Origin: the human T2T-CHM13v2.0 reference genome, Homo sapiens
Assembly (NCBI RefSeq): GCF_009914755.1
Contig: NC_060930.1
Length of the DNA stretch: 64,000 nt
Reading direction: 5' to 3' (one strand)
Position numbers and translations under genes: made by a program. Positions within the stretch are counted from its first letter, which is position 1, and every line of letters begins with the position of its first letter. The notes beneath the pieces were generated by a model, which was not told the DNA's origin, did no database searches, and was given only the letters and a program-made list of their open reading frames with translations. Of this stretch, positions 52,801-64,000 are shown piece after piece.

Positions 52801-55800
52801 TTTGTCTGATACAAGAATAGCTTTAAATGTGTTTTGTCTGATACAAGAATAGCTTGCTTTTGGTGTCCATTTGCATGAAATGCCTTTTTCCACCCCTTTC
52901 CTTTAAGTTTAATGGTACTTATGTGTTAGATGAGTGTCTTAAAGGCAGCAGATAGTTGGTTGGTGAATTCTTATCCATGCTGCAGTTCTGTATCTTTTAA
53001 GTGGAGCATTTAGGCCACTTACATTCAATGTTAGTATTGAAATGTGAGGTACCATTCCATTCATCATGCTATTTGTTGCCTGTGTACCTTGGTTTTTTGT
53101 TTGGTTTTTTAAATTGTATTTTTGTTTTATAGGTCCTGTGAGATTTATGCTTTAAAGAGGTTCTGTTTTGATGTGTTTCCAGGATTTGTTTCAAGATTTA
53201 GAGCTCCTTTTAGCAGTTCTTGTAGTGGTGGCTAGTAGTGGTGGATTCTCTCAGCATTTGTTTTTCTGAAAAAGACGATCTTTCCTTCATATATGAAGCT
53301 TAGTTTCACTGGATACAAAATTCTTGGCTGATAATTGTTTTGTTTGAAGAAGCTGAAGATTGGGCCCCAATCCCTTCTAGCTTGTAGGATTTCTGCTTAG
53401 AAATCTGCTGTTAATCTAATAGGTTTTCCTTTATAGGTTACCTGGTGCTTTTGTCTCACAGTTTTTAAGATACTTTCCTTCATTTTAATAATCTTCATTT
53501 AGATAACCTGATGACAATGTGCCTAGGCAATGATCTTTTTGTGATGAATTTCCAGGGTGTTCTTTGTGCTTCTTGTATTTGTATGTCTAGTTTTCTAGCA
53601 AGGCTGGGGAAGTTTTCCTCAATTATTCCCCCAAATATGTTTCCCAAATGTTTAGATTTATCTTCTCCCTCAGGAATGCTAATTATTTTTAGGTTTGGTC
53701 ATTTAACATAATCCCAGACTTCTTGGAGGCTTTGCTTATATTTTCTTATTCTATTATCTTTGTCTTTGTTGGATTGGGTTAATTCAAACGCCTTATCTTC
53801 AAGCTCTGAATTTCTTTATTCTACTTGTTCAATTCTATTGCTGAGACTTTCCAGGGCATTTTGCATTTCTATAAGTGCATCCGATGCTTCCGGAAGTTTT
53901 GATTTTTTTTATTTATGCTATTTATTTCATTGAATATTTCTCCCTTCACTTCTCATATCATTTGTTGGATTTCCTTTCACTGGGCTTCACCTGTCTCTAG
54001 TGCCTGCCTGATTAGCTTAATAAATAACCTCCTGAATTCTTTTACAGGTAAATCAGGGATTCTTCTTGGTTCGGGTCCGTTGCTGGTGAGCTAGTGTGAT
54101 TTTGCGGGGGCATGTTAAAGAGCCTTGTTTTGTCATATTACCAGTGTTGGTTTTCTGGTTCCTTCTCATTTGGGTAGGCTCTGTCAGAGGGAAGGTCTAG
54201 GGCTGAAGGTTGTTGTTCTGATTATTTTGTCCCGTGGGGTGTTCCCTTGATGTAGTACTCTCCCCCTTTTCCAGTGGATGTGGCTTCCTGAGAGCCAAGC
54301 TGTAGTGATTGTTATCTCTCTTCTGGGTCTAGTCACCTCACTCCTGGCTGGTACTGGGGGTTGTCGGCACAGGTTCCAGGCTAGTACTGTGGGTTGTCTG
54401 CATGGAGTTCTATGATGTGAACCATCTATGGGACTCTCAACTATGGATACCAGCACCTGTTCCAGTAGAGGTGTCAGGGGGGTGAAATGGACTCTATGCT
54501 CGTTCTTAACTTTGGTGGTTTAATGCTCTATCTTTATGCTGCTTGGCCTCCTGCCAGGAGGTGGCACTTTCCAGAGAGCATCATCTGTGGCAGTATGGAG
54601 AGGAACCAGTGGTGGACAGGGCCGTAGAACTCCCAAAAGTATATACCCTTTGTGTTCAGTTACCTGGGTGGGTAGGGAAAGACCATCAGGTGGGGGCAGG
54701 GCTAAGCATGTCTGAGTTCAGACTCTCCTTGGGCAGGTCTTACTGTGGCTGCTGTGGGGGATGGGGGTGAGGTTTCCAGGTTAATAGAGTTATGTAGGTA
54801 GGAGGATTATGGCTGCCACTGCTGAGTCATGCAGATTGTCAGGGAAGTGGGGGAAAGCCTGCTGTCACAGTCCTCACCCAGCTTCCACACAATCTGAAGG
54901 GCCGGTCTCAATCCCACCATGCCCCTGCTAGCAGCACTGAGTCTGTTTCCAGGCAGCGGGCAAGCAGGGCTGAGAACTTGCCCCAGGCTACCTGCCTCCT
55001 AGCCGCAAAAGAAAGTAGGACATTAGTTCTTCCCCTGCCTGTGGAGTCTGCACGCTGGATTTGCACCCTCCCCTGAGTTCTGATCAGGAGGCTTCTTGAC
55101 CAGTTCAAATTGTTACAAACTTCAGCTGGAGATTTCCTTTTCCCTGTGGTGCTTTCCCTCTGCCTCTGGCCTCCTTCCTGAAGGGTCCCCATGGTGCCAG
55201 GCAGTGATGGCCTGCTTGGGGACCCAGCAAGCTCCCAGGGCCTTTCCCGCTGCTTCCTCTAACCCTGTATTTCACTTGGCTGTCTAAATTGACTCAGCTT
55301 CAGGTAAGGTCAGAATCTTCACCTGCAAACTAGGCCTTTAGTTTCCCCAGTGGGGATGTGTGTTCAGGGGCGGAGGATCTCCCTTTCCCACTTCCACATT
55401 TGGGCACACACGGTATTTGGGGTGTCTTCCAGGTCCTGCAGGAGCAATCCACTTCCTTCAGAGGGTCTGTGGGTCCTTTCGAGTTTCCTGATTTATTCCT
55501 GCAGTTGTTCTGGGGCAAAAATTCAAGATATAAGCCTCCACACACTGCTTCATCCATCAGAGTTGGGGCTGCAGTCTAGTTCTGCCTCTCATTTGCCATG
55601 ATGGATTATTTTCTTTCTGAAGTTTTCTGATTATGTTATTTATTTACTAGTTGGGGTCATGTTTTTCTTAAAGATTATAAGAATCTTGTAGTCAATGACT
55701 GTCACATTGGTGACCGTGCTTTTTTTCCATCTAGATTATATGGTGCCTTTTAGATTTTAGTGTATTCCTTTGAATCACGTAAGAATTTCAAATGTTTATT

Positions 55801-55844
55801 ACTTTAACTGTGTTATCTTGTGCATGCTTATAAAAGTCTACCCC

Positions 55845-56008
55845 CGGAGAGGAGGGAGAGGATCAGAAAAAATACTGTTGGATACTAGGCTTAGTACTTG
55901 GGTGATGAAATAATCAGTAAAACAAACCCCCATGACACAAGTTTACCTATATAACAAATCTGCACATGTACCCCTGAACCTAAGGTAAAAATTCAAATAA
56001 ATAAATAA
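55845..56008 (+). mobile_element. L1PA15/16-like 3' stub
   Basis: GGGTGATGAAATAATC...CCCCATGACACAAGTTTACCTAT...CACATGTACCCCTGAACC; TSD ATAAAAGTC. Confidence 0.88.
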
Positions 56009-56824
56009 TAAAAGTCCATCTTCAAATTGATTTTCTATAACTAATCATTTATATTTTTATTTAGACTGTTTGGAGGTTTATTATTTACAACTAGCTCCAA
56101 TATATATGGAATGTATTTTTGGTTAATGCTGTGATACAAAGACTTCACATTATTTTCTCTTTATAAATAGCCACTTGTCCTACAATTTATTAATCCTTCC
56201 TTTCTCTACTATGAAAATTGTGGCTATTTATCTTACTATAAGTAAAAGGAGCTTGGTGTTTATTTCCTCCTAGGCTATCTCCTTTTCTTCCTTGACATTC
56301 CTATCAATCATATGACATGACAGACCATCTTAACTATTATACCTTATATTTTTATTAAAAATAAGCTTTCAACACAGTTTATGACAAGTCAGTATAAATG
56401 ATTTTACTTTACTTGGAGAAGAGATTCTGACCAATCTTCATCGGCAAAATAGGTTAGCTGAGGTTTCTAAGCAATCCCACTAAAGACTTTTTATAAAAGT
56501 GAGTTTGGGTACTTTTTTTTAATGAGAAGGAGGTCACTTAAAAGATGTAATGTTCCAAATCCACATCATTAAGAGAATAAAAACTTAGTGGTGCCTTTTT
56601 CTGTTAATTATTTCTAACCACTATCATGCTGTGACATCAGTGGAGATACAGGCTTTTCTTTTCTTAAGAAATTAGCACATACAATGAACCATGACAATAA
56701 TTATCATAACCCTTGAAATTTTAATATATAGGAACATTGCCACAGTGTTATTTTTAGACAGATCTCCTAAATTGCTTTCTACTAGTCTTTCAATGACATA
56801 TACCTTGAAAATTTGGAACATTTA

Positions 56825-57162
56825 AAAAGAGCTCAAATACACAGAAATAGAAAATGAAAGAGTGGTTACCATAGGTGGAGAGAGGGAGAACATGGGGAGA
56901 TGTACACCAAAGGATACAAAAAGCAGATATGTAGGATGAACAAGTCTAGAGATCCAATGTACAACATGAGAACTAAAGGTAATAAAATTGCGTTGTGTTT
57001 GGAATTTTTGTTAAACAAATAGATTTAGCTGCTCTTGTCACAAAAAAAGTAATTATGCGAGATAATAGATATGTTAATCTTCTTCACTATAGTAACTCTT
57101 TTGCTATCTATATGTATCCTATAACATCATTTTGTAAAACTCAAATATAAACAATAAAATTT
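56825..57162 (+). mobile_element. L1MA6-8-like 3' end
   Basis: GATATGTAGGATGAACAAGTCTAGAGATCCAATGTACAACATGAG...AATAAAATT. Confidence 0.85.
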
Positions 57163-59233
57163 GTAATTTGTAATTTTGATCTTTATTTTCCCCAGACATT
57201 TAAAAATATGTCAAAGAATATACTTCATCCACAGGCAGATTTTTCATATCCATTTAACTATGTCTCCAGAGAGCACTTATTAACAGAAGCTAAACATATG
57301 GACCTTCTAAAATTAAGAAAACCTTTTTGGAACTTGAAAAGACTTTTGAATAGGGCTAGAAGCAACAAGCCATAGTGAATTATTCAACACCAGGATATCA
57401 AAGAAATGGAGGAAGTAATTTCGTGCTGTAGAAGCAAAGTTCTGTAAATTGATATGTGATGATATTCAGGATAGTTTAATTTGGTAGCCTGGAAGAGAAT
57501 CAAATGAATTGAAGAAATTCTTATAAATATTTCTTTCTTCTTTTTTAAAATTAAAGATATCTGCTAATTTGAATATGCCACCTGTGCTTTACTCCAATGT
57601 TCAAATTTCTTTTTATAAATTGCAAAAAATGCATCTAATTTTACAAATATTCCTCACTCTCTACAATTAAAAATATATGCATATAATTTAATATTCTTAT
57701 GAAATCAAATATCTAAAATAGAAAAATCCTAACACAGACCTTACTTTATGATCATCTTTGTGATATTCTAAATCCTCAGTTATTTTAAAATTGAAACAAC
57801 GGGGAAGTTTTCAAATAAAAGATCTTATTTCACTTGAAAGAAAAATGTAGGTGTAAGGGGAAAAGTTATAGGTAATAAGATTTAATGGCTGTGAGAAATA
57901 GACAAAAACTGATAGTGTTCTCTAGAGAAAATAGCTTTGGGGCAGACAGAAGAGAGATGAGGTGTGATACTGAGTGAAGTTTTAAAAATAAAGAAAACAG
58001 AAGCAGTAATAGCAGAGAAAGAACAAGAATTAAAGAGAAAATTTAATCAGAGGATAACGTGTGAAGAGTCCCCAAACTATTTTCTTGATCAATATGACGG
58101 GAAATTAAGCGTTAAATTTTTCCAAAGTGAGAATAATGATCTTTGACCAACATTAGCTTGTTTCCATGGTTAGAGGCTAGGATAAGGTAATGTTTGTAGT
58201 GGTTTAGGTGGGGAGACAGCCTGCATTGAGGCTCTGGTCCAGAGCTGGGGCCTCAAGAACCATGAAGAGAGCTAAGCAGTTCAAGAGGATGTTTTCTAGA
58301 ACTCTTGAAACCTAATGGAAACCCAAAGACTGGAAGCAACAATGTTCAAAGATAAGACCCTCACTCATCATGTGCCTATTTGGAGGTTTCTTAGCTTCCT
58401 AATATAGAAGACAGAATTCAAAGCAGATACCTAAAGGAATATCTGGGAGATTTCTAAATTAATAGACTGACTGTATCTAAGGCAGAAAATAAAATGTTTC
58501 AAACTGTTAATCACAGGCAATTTTACATTAAGTGAGATTAAAGATTTTGGACATCCTCCCAGCCAAAATTTAGACATCAACCCACTTTTACTGGATAAAA
58601 CAAAATGTGATAATCAGTGAGAACAGTTCCAGGTTGTTCCTTGCTCTTGAATGTGACTGACTTTCTTTAATGTGGAGTTATATATCCATTGATAAAATGA
58701 AGTCATCCCTTTATCAAAATATATGCATCCCTTTATCAAATGCAACTCAGTTATTTTTTTTACTTGAATTGCACGGTTACAAACACATTACTACCACCAG
58801 TTTGTGAATACACCTAAATTGCAGGAATACTATTTAACCATAATGATAATCTGATTATTATTTATAATATTAAGTTCTGGGATTCATTATGATTTTATTT
58901 CTCACAAATTTCCAAGGAAATTCCAAATTGCTAAGTTTAGAGCTGGACAGGACCTTTAAGTTGAATTCTTTTAACCTTCTCATCTTATAGTTGAGGAAAT
59001 AAAATGATACAGTTTACATTTGTTCAGTGTTAACACAGTGAGGGGTAGAAAAGGAAACATTTGCCAGTGCATATAATGCTTATATTGAATATTATAAGAA
59101 TTGCATTTTTTCTACTGCTGCCTATGGACCATTCTCTTACCTATCATTCTTCACCCGATTAGCCATTAGTGTGTACACATTCATAAACCTAAACCTTTTC
59201 AATTATAGTAACTCTTATAGAATGGAAAGGTAG

Positions 59234-59235
<2 letters not shown>

Positions 59236-59278
<43 letters not shown>
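59236..59278. repeat. (GT)~21 microsatellite
   Basis: Read directly from the sequence. Confidence 0.97.
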
Positions 59279-59279
<1 letters not shown>

Positions 59280-59599
59280 CTGATAAATTATTGACTTCTG
59301 TGTACTATTCTTTACCCATACTTTATCACTTCTTACCTGGACCTCCTTCTCTTCTAACTCAAATACCCTTGCACTCTAAATTTTGTTGCTGTGTCTCTGG
59401 ATAACTACATAAAGAAGAAACCGAAAGAGGATAAAAGTGAACATAGGTATCAATTTATATATAAAGAGGGAAGCATGAATCTGACTTGGTACTCACTCTA
59501 TGAGCAGCACGGAAACAGGTATAGGGATTTATCAGCTTCATATCAGCTGACCACCACAAGAACCCATAAATGGAAGATACATGTTGTTTTAGACACTTG

Positions 59600-59843
59600 C
59601 AAGGGAGGATAAGTGAAAGAGAGGCCTGAGCAAAGAAGCTCACACACAGGGCCTGTGCCTATGACTCCAGATGAAGCCCAGGTCAGGCTGTGAACAGCTC
59701 TGTTAGCTATACTAACCAAGAAGTTTTTAACTGTATCCCAAGGGCAATGGAAAGCCGATGAAGGCTTTACAGCAAGAAAATGACAAGACGAGATTTATGT
59801 TTTGGAAGAATCCTCCTGGCTTAAATGTACGGAATGGAGAAAG
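59600..59843 (-). mobile_element. L2 fragment
   Basis: GGGCAATGGAAAGCCGATGAAGGCTTTACAGCAAG...AGATTTATGTTTTGGAAG. Confidence 0.65.
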
Positions 59844-59848
59844 AGTGG

Positions 59849-60215
59849 TGCAAAGGACAGAATGTTTATGACACCCAACCCCAAATTTATGTTGAAATCC
59901 TAACTCCCAATGTGATGGTATTAAGAGATTGGGCCTTTGGAAGGTAATTAAGCCATTAGGGTGGAGCCCTGATGAATGTTATTAATGTCCTTATGAAAAG
60001 AGGCCAGAGAGCTAGCTAGCCTCTCTTTCCGCCATGTGAGGTTACAATAAGAAGTTGGTAGTCTGCAACCCGGAAGGGGGCCTCACCAGAACCCCACCAT
60101 TCTGACACCCTGATCTTAGATTTTCATCCTCTAGAACTGTGAGAAGTAAATTTCCATCATTTGCAAGCCACCAGTTTATGGTGGTTTGTTAAGTAGCCCA
60201 AACTGACTTAAGACA
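59849..60215 (+). mobile_element. MLT1A-type MaLR solo LTR
   Basis: TG...ATGTTGAAATCCTAACTCCCAATGTGATGG...AACTGACTTAAGACA; 5-bp TSD AGTGG. Confidence 0.92.
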
Positions 60216-61558
60216 AGTGGGAAGGGGCTGAGTAGTAAGACCAATGCCTAGAATAGTGCTTGGCAAATAGGAGATGACAAATGAATAACTGTTGAGTATG
60301 TATGACAGCAGAAAATCCAATTATGATGCTGTTGAGAAATCCAGGCAGGAGAAGGCATCACTGGGGCCAGCATGGTAGCTGTCAGTGAGTGTGCATTAGG
60401 ATTAAGTGTTTAATGCAAGTGTGCAGAACTAAGAACATCCTATGTTTTTATGGTGTGTCCAAATCCGGAGTAAAGACAAAGTTTTTTATTTTGTTTGCCA
60501 AGATAGCATTTTCCTTTTAGCAGTTTTTCTTCTTTAAAGATATTGTACTCTTTCACCACTAAAGTTGCATTACCTCTGAACTGGCAGTTTTGCTGATGGC
60601 TTCTGTGGTCTGGAGGCTTGCCCATTTATTTTCTGATTTCCCCTTTGGCAGTGCACATTTCTGCTCTCATTCTTCACTGCAAGCTTCAAATATATAAGCG
60701 TTCTAGTTACTAACAACCAAGAGACAAAGAGATTGGGGGATAAAAGTACAAGAGCAAGCAGATTCATACCTGATGAGTTATTGGAGTGTTTCCCTTAATC
60801 AATGCCATTGTCATCCCAAATGTTGGCAGATCAAGCTTGGATAGGATCCAGTATACTCACTGTCACTGAAAATAGTTAATTACTTGGAGGGCATTATGTG
60901 TGGTGGTAGCACAGGGCTATGTACATATAGGTAAATCAAAAAAAAACTTAATGGGCATATTAATTCATAACTTTTTCGTAGTAAGCATCGATGGATTAGA
61001 TCTGTTTACTGAATTTATAGATACTTCCACTAGAGAATAAAGCTTTTCACCTTCTTGTTAATCCAGGGTCCTCCTTGCTTAGTGTCAGAGCTGTTTGTGA
61101 TTTACCAGCACTGACAACTACTGTTTTCCTTTTTGGTTCATTTATCAGAGAGGTTTCTAGCCTTGTGTAATGCAAAATGCTCAGGCTTTGTTACCATACT
61201 AATTTGGGTTTAAATTCAAGTCATGGGATATTTTAGCTTGGTGACCATGGGCAAATTGTCAAATTTTTCTGAATCTGGCATTCTCCTAGTATAATAATCA
61301 CAATCCCAAAGAAGTGCTTGATGAGTTTCATTTGATTATTTATTTTCTTTTAAGTCTAGCACAATGTTAGACACATAAAAGGAATGAATCTTCATGACCG
61401 TTGTATCAAATAAAAAAGTTCTCCAATGCTATCTTTGTTGTATTTAAAAACATTAGATAGGCAGAAATATTTTTAAATAGATGCTCAGAGATAATCACAA
61501 TGGTGTTATTTGAATTCTATATTATTACTTGGAAGACTTTATTAACTTCCTTTAAAAG

Positions 61559-61740
61559 GACATGGGGACCTTTCAGAGAGTGGAAGGTGGGAGATGGGAG
61601 AGGATCAGGAGAAATAATTAATGGGTACTAGTCTTAATACTTGGGTTATGAAATAATCTGTACAACAATCCCCCATGACACAAATTTACCTATGTAACAA
61701 ACCTGCACATGTACCCCTGAACTTAAAATGAAAGTTTTTT
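61559..61740 (+). mobile_element. L1PA13-15-like 3' stub
   Basis: GAAATAATCTGTACAACAATCCCCCATGACAC...CTGCACATGTACCCCTGAACTTAAAA. Confidence 0.88.
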
Positions 61741-62353
61741 TAATGGTGCATACTTCTGCATTCTCATTTATGATATATACATTAAGCCTAATTTAATTTA
61801 GATAAAAATAATAACTCAAAATATTTGGGATAATAGCTTGAAATTTTAGGTGTATCTTTCCAATTTCTATTTTTTCACCACAAGTAGATTTCAGTAAGAT
61901 TTTAATCAATGGCAGTGTTGATGCTAAACAAGACTAGGGAACTCTCAAGTTAGCCCTTGTGATAAAATTACAGAAATTCAGACCTAAAATACATCTTCAA
62001 GGCCACTAGATCATCATGAGAGTTTACGGTAGTAAGTGGCACCATGTCAACGTAACTACTCCCTAGAGCAGTGGTTCCCATTTGTATTCTGAGGACCAAT
62101 GGGAGACTTTGAGTTGTGGCATGGGGTGTGTGAGTCCTGGGTCCACTCTTAACTGTAGAAAATCAGTATTATGTATCCTACATATGTATGCAGCTGCTTT
62201 TCAAAAGTATACAGACACTATTGTGATTAGAAAAATACAAATTCATTCCAAGGCATTACCACATTTCAGTAGTGTTTTGTTATGGGTTTTCTTAACCAAC
62301 AGTTGTGTAAAGTCTATCTGTTCTCATGTGAAATCTGTAGACATTTTAAACAG

Positions 62354-62830
62354 TGTAGGGGAAGGAAATATCTTCTCTTCCCATCTTAGAGTCACGGCTG
62401 AGGCCCCTGTAAGAAAAGACAGATTAACAAGGAAAGCTTACAGATTCGTTTAATGTAAGTTTTCATGACATGAGAGCCTTCATAAAGAAATGAAACAGGT
62501 AAAGTTGTGTATTTTTATGCTTAGGTTTGATAAAGAGTGGACAGTCCTGAGAAATATGATTGGAGGACAAAAGGGAATGACCTAATGGTAACAAACTGGG
62601 GGAACTTAACAAGGCGTGTTTGTTCAGATTCTTCTCTGGGTCTGTGTGTCATCAAAGATAAGGATGTTCCTTTCCTCCAGGTGTAGGGAGGGCACCTCTG
62701 GAATGAGGAACTTAGGATCTGCTTCAGGGGATATGAGGGAGGGAAAGGTAAGAGTAACCTTGCTGCTTAGGCTGTTTTGTCAAATACCAAGGTGACATGC
62801 TTTGGGGTAGAATGTCCTGAACCCCCACCA
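62354..62830 (-). mobile_element. ERV1 solo LTR (MER31-like)
   Basis: TG...CA ends; AAGACAGATTAACAAG; CCAAGGTGACATGCTTTGGGGTAGAATGTCCTGAACCCC. Confidence 0.75.
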
Positions 62831-64000
62831 ATGGAGTCCTTGTATTTGAAGGTCAGAGGCTTGGATTTATTCATATGGGCATAACAACTTTGAATAAAGA
62901 AACCATGGCATATGCAGATAGCATCTGGAGCGCTTACTCAGTTTAAGCTGGGGAAGAAAGTAATGAGGAACTTGATAAAAGAGAATAACAGTACTAGAGA
63001 AAAGCTATGAAGGATACATGGGCTTATTTTCTTGGTGAAGGAAGATGATTTTTAGCCTGCCAATGTTTTAATTTATTAAACTACCAGAAGGGAGTACTTT
63101 AGGGAAGAAATAACAAAGCTCAACAAAGGGCTATCTTTCACAAGCAGGCCACCCTGTGAACTCAACCTCTTCAGTGCCAATAAGGAGGACTGGTCTCATG
63201 CTTCAAGATTCCACCTTCCCCCTGACACATCTAGCATGCCGTAGAGTTCTCTCTTGCCCATTTTAGATGTGAAAATATAAATTTAAATTTAAATTTATAA
63301 CAAGGAACAAATTAAACAGGAAAACTCCCATTGCTATGACAAAAGAAGCATCGAGCCCTCAAAGAGCTAAAGAGTAGATCTTGGTTTCTTTGCTAAGGAG
63401 CTTGTCTTATAAGGCTAAGTTGATGGGGGCTTTCTAGCCACTGGTGGCCATGGAATTGCCATTGGCTGGATCCTTACATTCGGGTCTCAAGCCAGGGGGC
63501 TCGGGCAGTAATGTATTATACCTGGGGTGGAGGTGGGAGCCTTTGGAAGAATGCAGGCCCAGCAAGTCTCCTACTCAAAGGAAACATGCAAAACCCAGAC
63601 CAAATAAACACTTCTGGCTGTCTGGCTCTCTTCACCTCTCAGTAGAGAAGGTTGCCTTTTCTATGGCCCTGCACTTTCAAAAAAGATATAGAGAGAAAGT
63701 TACAATAATAATACAAGAACCAGAACATAGAACTGTTAATTTAAAAAAAGATAAACAGATTGAAGTTATTTAGTCAAGAGAAGAGATGCCAAAAGGAACA
63801 TCTTAATAATGGCTTTTTAGCAAAAAGTAAAAAATAAAAATAAAAAATGCTGCAGTGAAAATGCAGATCTATTTTTTTCCACTGAGGCAAAATAAGAAAT
63901 AGCCAGAGTTGGCAACAAGATATATTTAGATTAGGCATGAGGAAAGACTTCTCAGTTATAAGGGATGTCTATTCTAATTATAAAGGGTATATAGCTTGAC

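Noticed and set aside
50377-52893. ORFs with RT and endonuclease motifs as a possible novel retro-system
   Set aside because: They are broken fragments of ordinary LINE-1 ORF2 inside the L1PB.
63276-63299. 24-bp palindrome TATAAATTTAAATTTAAATTTATA
   Set aside because: A trivial result of (AAATTT)3 slippage in AT-rich DNA.

Overview
AT-rich primate (very probably human) non-coding DNA, intergenic or deep intronic. I cannot support any intact protein-coding gene, RNA gene or CpG island. A large share of the window is transposon-derived: about 13 Alu/FLAM copies; L1s of many ages, including a full-length but decayed L1PB at about 48.3-55.6 kb with nested Alu and L1PA, and a very young ~65-bp L1PA stub; L2, MIR and CR1/L3 relics; MaLR/ERV solo LTRs; and hAT and Tc1/mariner DNA-transposon fossils. 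The long ORFs in the track are L1 ORF2 fragments, Alu translations or low-complexity artefacts. I found no convincing new biological system. The most notable items are: (1) a ~700-bp mariner transposase fossil with the catalytic-domain motifs still readable (23.6-24.3 kb); (2) several short alternating-orientation repeats that look like template-switch scars, one forming a perfect nuclear-receptor ER6/IR2 composite; (3) a diverged ~270-bp local duplication of apparently non-repeat DNA; (4) a young micro-L1 insertion with a perfect target-site duplication (TSD). Subfamily names come from recalled consensus sequences and need RepeatMasker/Dfam confirmation.
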